Below are positions 10,953 to 22,005 of a stretch of DNA of 35,884 nucleotides, piece by piece (the stretch's first letter is position 1; every line of letters begins with the position of its first letter). The notes under the pieces were generated by a model. It ran no database searches. It saw only the letters and a list, made by a program, of their open reading frames with translations, and was not told the origin of the DNA. The stretch lies in NCBI RefSeq assembly GCF_001194135.2, contig NC_068988.1, positions 38,340,489 to 38,376,372 on the forward strand, read 5' to 3'. A program made the translations under genes and the position numbers. This stretch comes from Octopus bimaculoides. Taxonomy: Eukaryota.

Positions 10953-10956
<4 letters not shown>

Positions 10957-11871
10957 CATACATACATACATATATAGCTTGATAGATATATATATGCAGA
11001 TATATAAACATACATATATATATATTTATATGCATGTATGTATGTATGTATGTACATATGTAAGAAGTATTTGTGAGTCATTCTTTTGCTGCATTTGCAA
11101 ACACATACATATGCACACACACTTTCTCTTATACACGCAAACATACAAAGCACACACACACACACACACATGATTATATGTACAGAAACGTTTGCACACT
11201 CACTTTTAGAGACACAAATGCAGCAAACACACATGCTAACAAATATATACAAGCTCTCTCTCTCTCACACATATGCACATACATACACTCTTACACAGAG
11301 TGTATGTGTGTGCCAAGTGGCATATTGTTGGATGATTTTTTGTTGCTGTTTAACCTGCAACACACTACTGGTCAAGCAGAGTTATGATTAAAAATCATTC
11401 CAGATTTGACCATTCCATCTTATTTATCTACGAATGTATTAGGTAATATGTCCTTCCTTTCATTTTAAGTTTGGCAGACAGGGATTTTTAAAGAAGAACT
11501 GGGTGCTATATTTATCAAGTGAAATTACTATGTAATAGCCCCATCATTAGTCTGTGTGTGATGTTGTTTGGTGTTAGGAAGTGATATAGCATTTTGGGCA
11601 AGACCAGTGCTAATATTGACGTATTTGTTGTGAATATATAATTCTTCCATTGAGATGCAAAATCAAAACTTATTCATACATTTCGATATTTCCATATTTT
11701 AATTTAGCTGTAGGAATTGTTCATTTTTTTTTTAGGAGAAAAATGCATATATTTGGCACCATGTGGCGGGAGGAATATCACCGACCTGTTTATGTTGTTG
11801 ATACAACTTGCTTTGCAAGAAGATATGATTACAATATGAGATGAGATTGAAGAAAATATCATGAAATAGAT

Positions 11872-12155
11872 GAAGTAGTTGTAGTAGTAGTAGTAGCAGC
11901 AGCAGCAGCAGTAGTAGTGGTGGTGGTGGTGGTTATGATGATGGTAGTGATAGTGGTGTTAATGGTAGTGTTACTGGTTGTACTGGTTGTAGTGGTGATA
12001 GTAATGGTGGTGGTGGTAGTATTAGTGGTGGTTGTAGTGACAGTGGTAACGATGCTGGCAATAGTGGTGCTGTGGTATTGGTGGTAGTGGCACTAGTGGT
12101 GTTGGTGTTGGTATTGATGGCGTTGGTGGTGGTGATGGATGGTGTTGCAGTTGGT
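11872..12155. repeat. Degenerate (GTA/GTG/GCA)n trinucleotide low-complexity tract
   Basis: Seen directly; explains the Thr-rich ORF 11933-12181. Confidence 0.92.
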
Positions 12156-12339
12156 GTTGCTTTCAAGGAATGTAGAGACAATGGACATGTCGGTGATAAT
12201 GTAAGATGGGGGTGGTTGGGGGGAGGGGCGGGGTAAAGCAGCAGAAAGCAATCTCGATTTACTCCTGTTAAACCGAAGTCAAGAAGCTTGATTTGTGCCA
12301 GTGGAAGCTCTTTATTTGATTATCTTTATAAATATGTAT

Positions 12340-12595
12340 GAACACACAAACACACACATACTTGCACANNNNNNNNNNCAGTGGAAGCTCTTTATTTGAT
12401 TATCTTTATAAATATGTATGAACACACAAACACACACATACTTGCACACACACACACACACACACAAACACATACATACTTGCACACACACACACACACA
12501 TATACATTCAGATGTACAAAGATACATACACACATACAAAGACTCACATACACACATACAAAGATACTTATACACATACACAGAAAGACACACAT

Positions 12596-12639
<44 letters not shown>

Positions 12640-12960
12640 TGATGGCTTGATCTGGTGGACAGGGCTATGCTCATGTAATATATATATATATGTGTGTGTG
12701 TGTATGTATATGTATATATATATACATACACTCATAGACAGGCATACTACAGTTTAATACATGCACACATACATACATCATACACATGCACATGCATGCG
12801 TGCACATACACAAACACATTCTTAGATAGAGTAGAACCACATAGAGTATACAAACATACATACACATGAATGGATGCTCAAACACATTCATTATGTACAT
12901 GTGTAGAATATACAGGCATACACACAAATATACATACATACACACTTACACGCACACACA
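12340..12960. repeat. CA/TA-rich low-complexity tract containing a 10-N gap (12369-12378)
   Basis: Seen directly. Confidence 0.9.
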
Positions 12961-12985
12961 GAGTTGAATATAGAGATAAAAAACA

Positions 12986-13461
12986 TTCGAGCGGGATCGT
13001 TGCCAGTGCCCCTGGATTGACTCATGTGCGGGCGACACATGAAATCTTCCGAGCAGGATCGTAGCCGGTGCCCCTGGGCTGGCTCTTGTGCGGGTGACAC
13101 ATGAGGTTTTTCGAGCGAGATCGTTGCCAGTGCCCCTGGACTGGCTCTTGTGTGGGATTCTGGGATTTTCGAGCGGGATCGTTGCTGGTGCCCTTGGGCT
13201 GGCTCTTGTGCGGGTGGCACATGAGGTTTCTCGAGCGAGATGAGCGTGGCCTTTGCCAGTACCGCCTGACTGGCCTTCGTGCGGGTGACACGTAAAAGCA
13301 CCCACTACACTCTCTGAGTGGTTGGCTTTAGGAAGGGCATCCAGCTGTAGAAACACTGCCAAATCAGATTGGAGCCTGGTGTAGCCATCTGGTTTCACCA
13401 GTCCTCAGTCAAATCGTCCAACCCATGCTAGCATGGAAAGCGAACGTTAAACGACGACGAC
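12986..13461 (+). mobile_element. Young family A retroposon with about four tandem ~60-bp modules and a (GAC)n tail
   Basis: TT(C)CGAGCRRGATCGT..GTGCCCC modules start at 12986, 13047, 13110 and 13168, with a partial one at 13230; ends GTTAAACGACGACGAC. Confidence 0.93.
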
Positions 13462-13487
13462 AATACGTACAGACATATATATATATA

Positions 13488-13800
13488 TACCGCTTGACTG
13501 GCCTTTGTAGGGTTTTCGAGCGAGATCGTTGCCAGTGCCCCTGGACTGGCTCTTGTGCGGGTGGCACACAAAAGACACCATTTCGAGCGTGGCCGTTTTC
13601 GTGCGGGTGACACGTAAAAGCACCCACTACACTCTGAGTGGTTGGCGTTAGGAAGGGCATCCAGCTGTAGAAACTCTGCCAAATTAGATTGGAGCCTGGT
13701 GTTGCCATCCGGTTTTACCAGTCCTCAGTCAAATCGTCCAACCCATGCTAGCATGGAAGGTGGACGTTAAACGATGATGATGATGATGATGATGATGATG
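13488..13800 (+). mobile_element. Young family A retroposon with (GAT)n tail
   Basis: Starts after a (TA)n run and ends GTTAAAC(GAT)n; same module order as 4763-5075. Confidence 0.93.
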
Positions 13801-14060
13801 TAGAGTACAAATACACACATACATACACACTCAAATATATAAATAAAAACATATTCATAGATATATTACAAATATATACATATACACACACATGCTCTCT
13901 CTCATATCAACACTTCTATATGTATGCAAGCAATATACATACCGAGACATAGCATAAACATATACATACATATTTACGGTGACCATGTAGGTGAATATAT
14001 ATAACATAAACATGAATATATGCAACATACAAAGCCATGTTACAAATGAATGGATATATA

Positions 14061-14460
14061 GGCGCAGGCATGGCTGCGTGGTAAGAAGCTTGCTTCCCAA
14101 CCACATGTTCCGGGTTCAGTCCCACTGCATGGCACCCTGGACAAGTGTCTTCTACTATAGTCTTGGGCTTACTAAAGCCTTGTGAGTGGATTCGGTAAAC
14201 GGAAACTGAAAGAAGCTTGTTGTATATATATATATGTGTGTGTGTGTGTCTGTGTTAGTGTCCCCCACTCCATTGCTTGACAGCTGATGTTGATGTGCTT
14301 ATGTCCTCGTAACTTAGCAGTTCGACAAAAGAGACCAATAGAATAAGTACTAGGCTTACAAAGAATAAGTCCTGGGGTCGATTTGTTTGACTAAAGGCAG
14401 TGCCCCAGCATGGCCACAGTCAACTGACTGAAACAAGTAAAAGAATAAGAGAATAAAAGA
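14061..14460 (+). mobile_element. Full-length tRNA-headed SINE family B with central microsatellite
   Basis: A-box TGGCTGCGTGGT (14071), B-box GGGTTCAGTCCC (14112), central (TA)n(TG)n, 3' GACTGAAACAAGTAAAAGA tail. Confidence 0.92.
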
Positions 14461-14880
14461 ATATATAGCATTAAACACATCATCAAAAACACTTGTATAT
14501 TATATATTCACATATAATTAACACCAATGTATGTATAAAATATAAACACAGACTCGCATAGGGATAAGTGCATGATTAAGAAGTTTGTTTTGTAAACCAC
14601 ATGGTCCTGGGTTCAATCACATTGCACAGTACTGTGTATTATGAATGGCTTTTAATATAGTTTTAGCTTGACCAAGATCTTGTCAATAAAATTTGGCTGA
14701 TGGACTCTGCAGAAGACAGAGTCAAATAATAATGGTTTCAAATTTTGGCACAATCTCAGCAATTTCAGGGAATGGGCAATCGACCCCAGTAATCATCATT
14801 ATCATCATCACAGCCTTGTGAGTGGATTTTATAAATCATAACATTTCTGTTGGTGAGACTTTGTAAAAGATTTCCGTTTG

Positions 14881-15160
14881 GCTTGCTCAACGAAATGCAC
14901 TAAAAACAATTTGATTTATGCTGGTCACACAACACAAAAATTAAATAAATGATTCACTGGACATGGGTATGATGCCTGGCACAATAATGATAGTTTGACC
15001 GTTCTTGTCAAATAGTATATATCAAACAGCTGTAAATTTGAGGAACACATGAAAGCTCACATTTTCAAACAATATTCTAACTCCACTGCAATTTCAATAC
15101 TGAAAACACGTGGATAAATATATTTGAGATCTACTAACAGTACTTCCTGGAGGAATAAAC
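14881..15160 (+). pseudogene. Penelope-like element GIY-YIG endonuclease remnant
   Basis: ACSTKCTKNNLIYAGHTTQKLNK*FTGHGYD...CKFEEHMKAHIF, then shifted ENTWI and LTVLPGGIN. Matches the PLE pattern C--C--IY-G-T---L--RF--H and the terminal P-G-N. Confidence 0.72.
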
Positions 15161-15480
15161 AAAATAACAGGCGATTTCCATCACATTTACACAAAAACTC
15201 TTTGACCAAATGTCTTCTTTCCTGTTTTCTTTGTTACCAGTTATGAGAAAGCAAAGATTGACAATGTTGTTTTGTCTCAAATGGAATGCAAGATATTTTA
15301 AATTCCTGTATTTCTGTGTATTTTACATTTTGCATTTTGGGACAGACATAGTGTCAAAGTGTTGCTCAGCTCAACGGGCAGAGTTGTTCTGTATTTTGTT
15401 GTATGTCATGTTGCACTCTTCTTTTTGTGTATTTTTGTTGCTACTATTATAAATGTTCCTTTTATTATTATTGTTGTTAA

Positions 15481-15622
15481 TAATAATCCTCTCTTCTATA
15501 GGTACAAATTTTGGGAGTGAGGCGTTAAGTTGACTGCATCAACCCCAGTGCATAACTGGTGCTTATTTTGTTGATCTCAAAAGGATGAAAAGTAATGTCT
15601 ACCTCAGTGGAATTTGAACTAA
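15481..15622 (-). mobile_element. SINE family C, partial
   Basis: AATAATCCT..CCCCAGTGCATAACTGGTGCTTATTTT..AAAGGATGAAAAG..GAATTTGAACT. Confidence 0.8.
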
Positions 15623-15690
15623 GCTCTGGTCAAACCCGCCAACCTGTGCCAGCATGAAAAATGAATGTTAGATGATGATGAGCATGCTAA

Positions 15691-15728
<38 letters not shown>

Positions 15729-15730
15729 CA

Positions 15731-16583
15731 CAGGGTGCGATGAATAAACTGTCATCTAAATTACGCAAAAATGAAAAAAACACTGACATCTCATTTTAAC
15801 AGATATACTTACCGAGATTCTATAAAAATATCTTGAAATGCTAAAGAGTAAATTTTTTCAATAAAATTGCCATTGGCTTCAACCACAGCCTCCAGACGAC
15901 TTCAGANNNNNNNNNNNNNNNNNNNNNNNNNNNNNNNNNNNNNNNNNNNNNNNNNNNNNNNNNNNNNNNNNNNNNNNNNNNNNNNNNNNNNNNNNNNNNN
16001 NNNNNNNNNNNNNNNNNNNNNNNNNNNNNNNNNNNNNNNNNNNNNNNNNNNNNNNNNNNNNNNNNNNNNNNNNNNNNNNNNNNNNNNNNNNNNNNNNNNN
16101 NNNNNNNNNNNNNNNNNNNGGCATGGTGCAGAGTCCTGTTGCCAGACATAGGGTCTTTCATCAACCACCCTTTTGACCCAGGGCAGCACTACCTCCTCCA
16201 GGCACTTGATGTAGACCTCTGTATTGAGTCTGAGGCCGTATGGGAAGATGAATGGAAGCAATAATATCGTCATCACTAGTGATCACTCCAAACACCATGA
16301 TGTTGACTGGATGTTTAATTTTTATCACTTTCGGTACATGTCCTCAGATTGATACACAAACACTCTGAAGTGTTCATATTGGAGCTTCCTGTGCAAATGC
16401 CAAGCAGCACAGCATGTTGTTAACTAATTTCTAGCAGAGTAAATTGCATCATGGTGCTGTTTTTGTCACAGACGGTGCCCAACTGACCCTACTATACTGT
16501 GTAGTTGACAAAGTCAAAAACAAACAATGCACATGTGTAAAATTAAAAATATAAAATGGTGACAATTTACCCATCGCACCCTA
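15731..16583 (-). mobile_element. Internally deleted Tc1/mariner element, maT (DD37D)-like, containing a gap (15907-16119)
   Basis: TIR CAGGGTGCGATG..TAAA.TGTCA.C at both ends. Minus-strand peptides: HPVNIMVFGVITSD, PFIFPYGLRLNTEVYIKCLEEVVLPWVKRVVDERPYVWQQDSAPC, SRLEAVVEANGNFIE. The third catalytic D falls in the gap, so the D-D spacing is unverified. Confidence 0.88.
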
Positions 16584-16602
16584 TATATATATACTCACAA
16601 AA

Positions 16603-16727
16603 GGATTCTTTCAGTTTCCATCTACCAAATTCACTCACAAGGCCTTAATAGAAGACACTTGACCAAGGTGTAGCACAGTGGAACTGAACCTAAGACCACA
16701 TAGTTGGTAAACAAATTTCTTAACCAC
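16603..16727 (-). mobile_element. SINE family B, 5' half
   Basis: CTTTCAGTTTCCATCTACCAAATTCACTCACAAGGC..GGAACTGAACC. Confidence 0.82.
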
Positions 16728-17029
16728 CCAACCACACTAATGCTTTAAATAAATGACTAATTCCAATGAAAACAGCATGTAACTATACAAATTCCAATTT
16801 ACCTGACATAAAAAAGGTGTTGACTGCCTACTTCACAGTCGAATGGTTAACAGTGAAAAAAAAGTCACCCAGCTGTGAAAATACAATTGTCCCAAACAAA
16901 ATTAATCAACCAGCTCAGCCAAGCGAAAAAAGAAAATGGACATACAATGGCATTATAGATATATATATAAAAAAATGTGAATGCTTGTATTCTTTTACTG
17001 ATTTTAGTCACTGGATTATTATTGGCCAT

Positions 17030-17240
17030 TTTGTTTAGCACCAGACCAGCCCTTATTGATCAATGGCATTTCAGCAATAACCATCCTGGTTTTCGTTATT
17101 CTTTTCTTTTCTGCTTTTCTTCTTTTTTTTTTTTGCAGACATATTGTATGTAGGACTACATTATACAATCCATTCTTTACCTTTTCTTTTTAAAGATGGT
17201 GGAGTATGGTTGAGCACAGTGGAGTTAGGGGGAATTTTAA
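17030..17240. mobile_element. Old dispersed repeat, family E (TTGTTTAGC.CCAG end; internal GGGACTACATT and TTAAAGATGG motifs)
   Basis: Similar segments at about 10548-10630, 11370-11520, 30124-30235 plus 30490-30620, 31490-31680, 32398-32462 and 34172-34340. Confidence 0.55.
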
Positions 17241-17308
17241 TAATAGAAGAGAACATTAGTGTTGAACAGTGAAAATGAGTACTAATACTGCATTGGTAGA
17301 TAAACAGT

Positions 17309-17910
17309 NNNNNNNNNNNNNNNNNNNNNNNNNNNNNNNNNNNNNNNNNNNNNNNNNNNNNNNNNNNNNNNNNNNNNNNNNNNNNNNNNNNNNNNNNNNN
17401 NNNNNNNNNNNNNNNNNNNNNNNNNNNNNNNNNNNNNNNNNNNNNNNNNNNNNNNNNNNNNNNNNNNNNNNNNNNNNNNNNNNNNNNNNNNNNNNNNNNN
17501 NNNNNNNNNNNNNNNNNNNNNNNNNNNNNNNNNNNNNNNNNNNNNNNNNNNNNNNNNNNNNNNNNNNNNNNNNNNNNNNNNNNNNNNNNNNNNNNNNNNN
17601 NNNNNNNNNNNNNNNNNNNNNNNNNNNNNNNNNNNNNNNNNNNNNNNNNNNNNNNNNNNNNNNNNNNNNNNNNNNNNNNNNNNNNNNNNNNNNNNNNNNN
17701 NNNNNNNNNNNNNNNNNNNNNNNNNNNNNNNNNNNNNNNNNNNNNNNNNNNNNNNNNNNNNNNNNNNNNNNNNNNNNNNNNNNNNNNNNNNNNNNNNNNN
17801 NNNNNNNNNNNNNNNNNNNNNNNNNNNNNNNNNNNNNNNNNNNNNNNNNNNNNNNNNNNNNNNNNNNNNNNNNNNNNNNNNNNNNNNNNNNNNNNNNNNN
17901 NNNNNNNNNN
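17309..17910. other. Assembly gap
   Basis: Run of N. Confidence 1.
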
Positions 17911-18150
17911 TGTGTGTGTGTGTGTGTGTGTGTGTATGTTTGTGTGTCTGTGTTTTTCCCCCCAACATCGCTTGACAACCGATGTTGGTGTGTTTACGTC
18001 CCCGTAACTTAGCGGTTCGGCAAAAGAGACCGATAGAATAAGTACTAGGCTTACAAAGAATAAGTCCTGGGTTCGATTTGCTCGAATAAAGGTAGTGCTC
18101 CAGCAAGGCCACAGTCAAATGACTGAAACAAGTAAAAGAGTAAAGAGTAA
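17911..18150 (+). mobile_element. SINE family B, 3' half
   Basis: (TG)n then CTTGACAACCGATGTTGGTGTGTTTACGTCCCCGTAACTTAGCGGTTCGGC. Confidence 0.9.
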
Positions 18151-18327
18151 AGAGTATACACACACATCCCTGCGCACACAGTGTGTTCATAAATTACAAC
18201 CTCATACACTAACCAAACATCTCCACAACTTAACAGAGTCCAAGTTAACTCTCTTCACCTATACAAACCATCCAATGGACAGAGTGTCATTTGCTAGTAT
18301 ATATATATATATATACACACACATGAT

Positions 18328-18476
18328 GGGCTTCTTTCTGTTTGTTTGCTAAATTCATTCAGAAGATTTTAGTTGACCAAGGCTATAGTAGATGACACTT
18401 GCCCAAGGTGCAACACAGTGGAACCGAACCTGGAACTATATGGTTGGGAAGTAAGCTTCTTATCACACATCCATAC
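18328..18476 (-). mobile_element. SINE family B, 5' half
   Basis: CCAAGGCTATAGTAGATGACACTTGCCCAAGGTGC..GAACCTGGAAC. Confidence 0.8.
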
Positions 18477-18600
18477 TGGCATCAAATAAGTATTTTGTTT
18501 TCTGGAAATTATTATTCATTTCATCATTTTAGATAATCAACAATAAATCTGATGAAAGCTGAATCATAATTAATATATGTATTTCCTTGTACTACCCAAG

Positions 18601-18885
18601 GAGGTGAAGGTGCATGACCAAGTGGTTAGGTTGTTGCACTCACAATTGTGAGATTGTGGCTTCAATTCCTGAAGCAGGTAGTGTGTTGTGTTCTTGAGCA
18701 AAACACCTCGTATCTCTGTTGTTCTGCAATTACTTCAACACTGATATGTGGTACACCATGCAACTCTTCAGGTGACATCAATTTATTGGAGAAGAGATAA
18801 AGCTAATGAACAACACAAGCATTTGATCACTATAAGATAATTATTTGTGCAGGTGCAGGTTGATCAACAAGAAATTGCAGAACCA
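18601..18885 (+). mobile_element. tRNA-headed SINE, family D
   Basis: GGTGCATGACCAAGTGGTTAGG head, TTCAATTCC B-box, TGTTCTTGAGCAAAACAC core; homologous to 19383-19830. Confidence 0.78.
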
Positions 18886-19159
18886 TCTCTCTTGGACTAC
18901 TAAAGACTAACACCATCAGCATCACCCATGGAGGCAAAAGTATACTTCTGAAGTTACCCATCATATGATGGGAAACATGCTAGTTTATGAATGTGTGTGT
19001 CAGTGGTGTACGATGGGTGTTGTACTGGGTGTGCTGCCACACCCAATGCCACCACATTTCAAGCAGGGGTAAAAGTTTTCCATTAAGATTTTCGATAGGT
19101 GTACAGCGCACACCTAGCACACCAGAAAGATATACCCCTGGTGTGTATGTGTGTGTGTG

Positions 19160-19270
19160 TCCACTCTGCTGGGTGGTTAGTGCTAGGAAGGTCATCTGAC
19201 TGTAAAACTGAGCCAAAACAGACACAGAAGTCTGGTGCCGACTCCTGCCTGGCTAGCTCCTGCTCTTGTC
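19160..19270 (+). mobile_element. Old family A-related fragment
   Basis: GGTGGTTAGTGCTAGGAAGGTCATC..GCCAAAACAGAC. Confidence 0.55.
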
Positions 19271-19279
19271 CCATTTTTG

Positions 19280-19349
<70 letters not shown>

Positions 19350-19382
19350 ACATCTATGTATGTATGCTTGTATGTATGTATT

Positions 19383-19830
19383 GAGAGGGTGCATGGCTTA
19401 GTGGTTAGGGTGTTGCACTCACAATCACGAGATCATTTCCTAAACTGGGTGGTGCATTGCATTCTTGAGCAAAATACTTCACCTTGCGTTACTCTGCAAT
19501 CACTTTGACACCTGATGCATGGTACACAGTGCACCTATTCAGACAACATCAATTTACATCATTTACATTTGATGGATATATGTCCTCATCTTGTTTGTTG
19601 TTAACGCAACATTTCGGCTGATATACCTTCCAGCCGAAACGCTATCTTAACAAACAAACAAAATGAGGACAAATATCCGTCAAATGTAAATAATGTAAAT
19701 AATTCAAATAATGTACATAATTCCTCATCTCTTAAATTTGACAGAGAGAATAAGCTAATGTGCAGCACGAACATTTGATAACTATAAGCAAATCCTTTGT
19801 ACAGGTCGTTTGGCAAAGGCTGAATGCTTA
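19383..19830 (+). mobile_element. SINE family D interrupted by a palindromic insert (19556-19734)
   Basis: Both flanks continue the alignment with 18601-18885; AATTT is duplicated at 19551-19555 and 19735-19739. Confidence 0.75.
19552..19700. repeat. Foldback insert with ~50-bp arms and an inner TTTCGGCTG/CAGCCGAAA stem; hammerhead half-sites
   Basis: ATTTACATTTGATGGATATATGTCCTCATCTTGTTTGTTGTTAA (19561-19604) is the inverse of 19647-19691. Confidence 0.85.
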
Positions 19831-20135
19831 TACATCATCTTCAATAGGAAAGTCCATCATATATATATATTATGGAGATGTACTTGCATGGCAAATATTT
19901 TTATCTGAGATTGTATATTGAAACTAAAACATGGCAATATACAAGACACATATTAGTCCTATTCAAGAACATACAAAAACTGTTAACTTGATTAAAACGT
20001 CTATTGTTTGTAGTACAGCGTTTAAAATTTTTATGGTAAGAAACTGCTACCTGGTTACTGACAGCACTTAAGTGAAGCAACCTTTATGTGTTTCTGAATA
20101 GTTAATGTGCCCCTTCCACTCTGAAATTGCATGTA

Positions 20136-20192
<57 letters not shown>

Positions 20193-20341
20193 NNNNNNNN
20201 NNNNNNNNNNNNNNNNNNNNNNNNNNNNNNNNNNNNNNNNNNNNNNNNNNNNNNNNNNNNNNNNNNNNNNNNNNNNNNNNNNNNNNNNNNNNNNNNNNNN
20301 NNNNNNNNNNNNNNNNNNNNNNNNNNNNNNNNNNNNNNNNN
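20193..20341. other. Assembly gap after (TG)n
   Basis: Run of N. Confidence 1.
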
Positions 20342-20424
20342 TAGCAACCTTAAAATGCTCGAGACAAACTTCCTTAGAAATATGTTGAGTCTGCTGTATA
20401 TGCATATTTGTATATGTATATATG

Positions 20425-20457
<33 letters not shown>

Positions 20458-20459
<2 letters not shown>

Positions 20460-20646
20460 TCATCATCATCATCATCATCGTTTAACGTCCGCTTTCCATG
20501 CTAGCATGGGTTGGACGATTTGACTGAGGACTGGTGAAACCGGATGGCAACACCAGGCTCCAGTCTGATTTGGCAGAGTTTCTACAGCTGGATGCCCTTC
20601 CTAACGCCAACCACTCAGAGAGTGTAGTGGGTGCTTTTACGTGTCA
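20458..20646 (-). mobile_element. Young 5'-truncated family A retroposon inside (TA)n
   Basis: Shared 3' end; (TA)n on both flanks. Confidence 0.93.
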
Positions 20647-20685
<39 letters not shown>

Positions 20686-20915
20686 CATAGTAACTGTATC
20701 ATTATATCAATAGTATGATTTCCTGTCTTTATCTGGGTGGACATTAATCCTAATGGATGGATGTTGGCAATATTCAATGCTGATCCAATCAGCATTGTTG
20801 ATATCTACTCCATCCAATAGGATCAATGTGTGTGTATATACACATGCATATATATGTATGTGTGGACACATACATATATCCATATTCATTTGCTTTTGTA
20901 TATCATATATGTGTA

Positions 20916-20951
<36 letters not shown>

Positions 20952-20988
20952 TGTATGTATGTATGCATACATATATGTACATATGTAT

Positions 20989-21381
20989 AGGACTAGCTGT
21001 GTGGTAAGAAGTTTGCTTTCCAACCACATGGTTCTGGGTTCAATCCCACTGTGTGGCATCTTGGGTAACTGTTTTCTACCATAGCTCTGAGCTGATGAAA
21101 GCCTTGTAAATGGGTTTGGTAGATGGAAACTGGAAAAAGTGTATGTGTTTGTGTGTGTACACATACATGTATGTGTCTTTGCATCTGTGTTTGTCTCCCA
21201 CCGCAACTTGACAACTGATGTCAGTTTGTTTACATCCTGGTAACTTATTGGTTGACAACAGAGACTAACAATGAGTACCTGGCTTAAGAAATAAAAAAGT
21301 ACTAGGGTTGATTCATTCAACTAAAAATTCTCTATGGTGGTGCCCCAGCATGGCCACAGTCAAATAACTGAAACAAGTAAA
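20989..21381 (+). mobile_element. Full-length SINE family B, tail interrupted by a Helentron-type element
   Basis: GCTGTGTGGTAAGAAG head, GGGTTCAATCCC B-box, CCCCAGCATGGCCACAGTC..GAAACAAGTAAA end. Confidence 0.88.
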
Positions 21382-21757
21382 AACAAGAGCACTCAGAGAG
21401 TGCAAACCTCTGCCAAGGCAATACCAACATCCTCTCAACGATTAGCCAGAGATGATTTTTAAAATGAGAATATTTTAAATAAACTCAACTGCACCCATAA
21501 AGGAGAATATTAAAAATGAACTCGACTGCTCTCAAAATTTAATTAAAAAAAAAACAGGAAAAATAATCCAGAATCTTTGTCTGGTACCAGATCGATCCCA
21601 AAATCTAACCAGTTTGTGGCAGTCACAAGGCCAAACATCTCTGAAAGTTTCATCCAAATCCATCCAGCAGTTCTTGAGATATTTTGTCCACAGTCAAACG
21701 AACAAACAAACACAACTGAAAACAATACCTCTGCGTTTGCTAAGGTGGAGGTAATAA
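21382..21757. mobile_element. Non-autonomous Helentron-type (HINE/DINE-1-like) element
   Basis: Subterminal ACCTCTGCCAAGG near the left end; terminal hairpin TACCTCTGC-10nt-GTGGAGGTA (21726-21753); (ACAA)n tract; inserted in an A-run. Confidence 0.72.
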
Positions 21758-22005
21758 ACGATAAAAGACATACATACATACATATATACATACCAGTGGC
21801 GTATGGTGGTTGTTGTATTGAGTGTGCTACTACATCCAATGCCATTAATTTTAAGCAGAGGTATAACAAAAGTTTTCCATTGAGATCTGTGATTCAATTA
21901 ATAAGCAAGATTAATATTCATAATGAATTTGCTATTTTCGATGGGTATGCAGTTCACACCTGGCACACCTGGAATATACGCTCCTGATATATACATACAT
22001 ATATA

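Noticed and set aside
11933-12181. Thr/Pro-rich mucin-like ORF
   Set aside because: Translation of a degenerate trinucleotide tract; no splice or domain support.
12299-12448. Perfect 70-bp direct repeat (12299-12368 and 12379-12448)
   Set aside because: It flanks a 10-N gap exactly, typical of unmerged overlapping contig ends.
12986-13260. CRISPR-like regular ~60-bp spacing
   Set aside because: Whole units are repeated with no unique spacers; eukaryotic context and no cas genes.
14061-14130. tRNA-like A/B boxes here and at other SINE heads
   Set aside because: They continue into SINE bodies and do not form full cloverleaves, so they are not tRNA genes.
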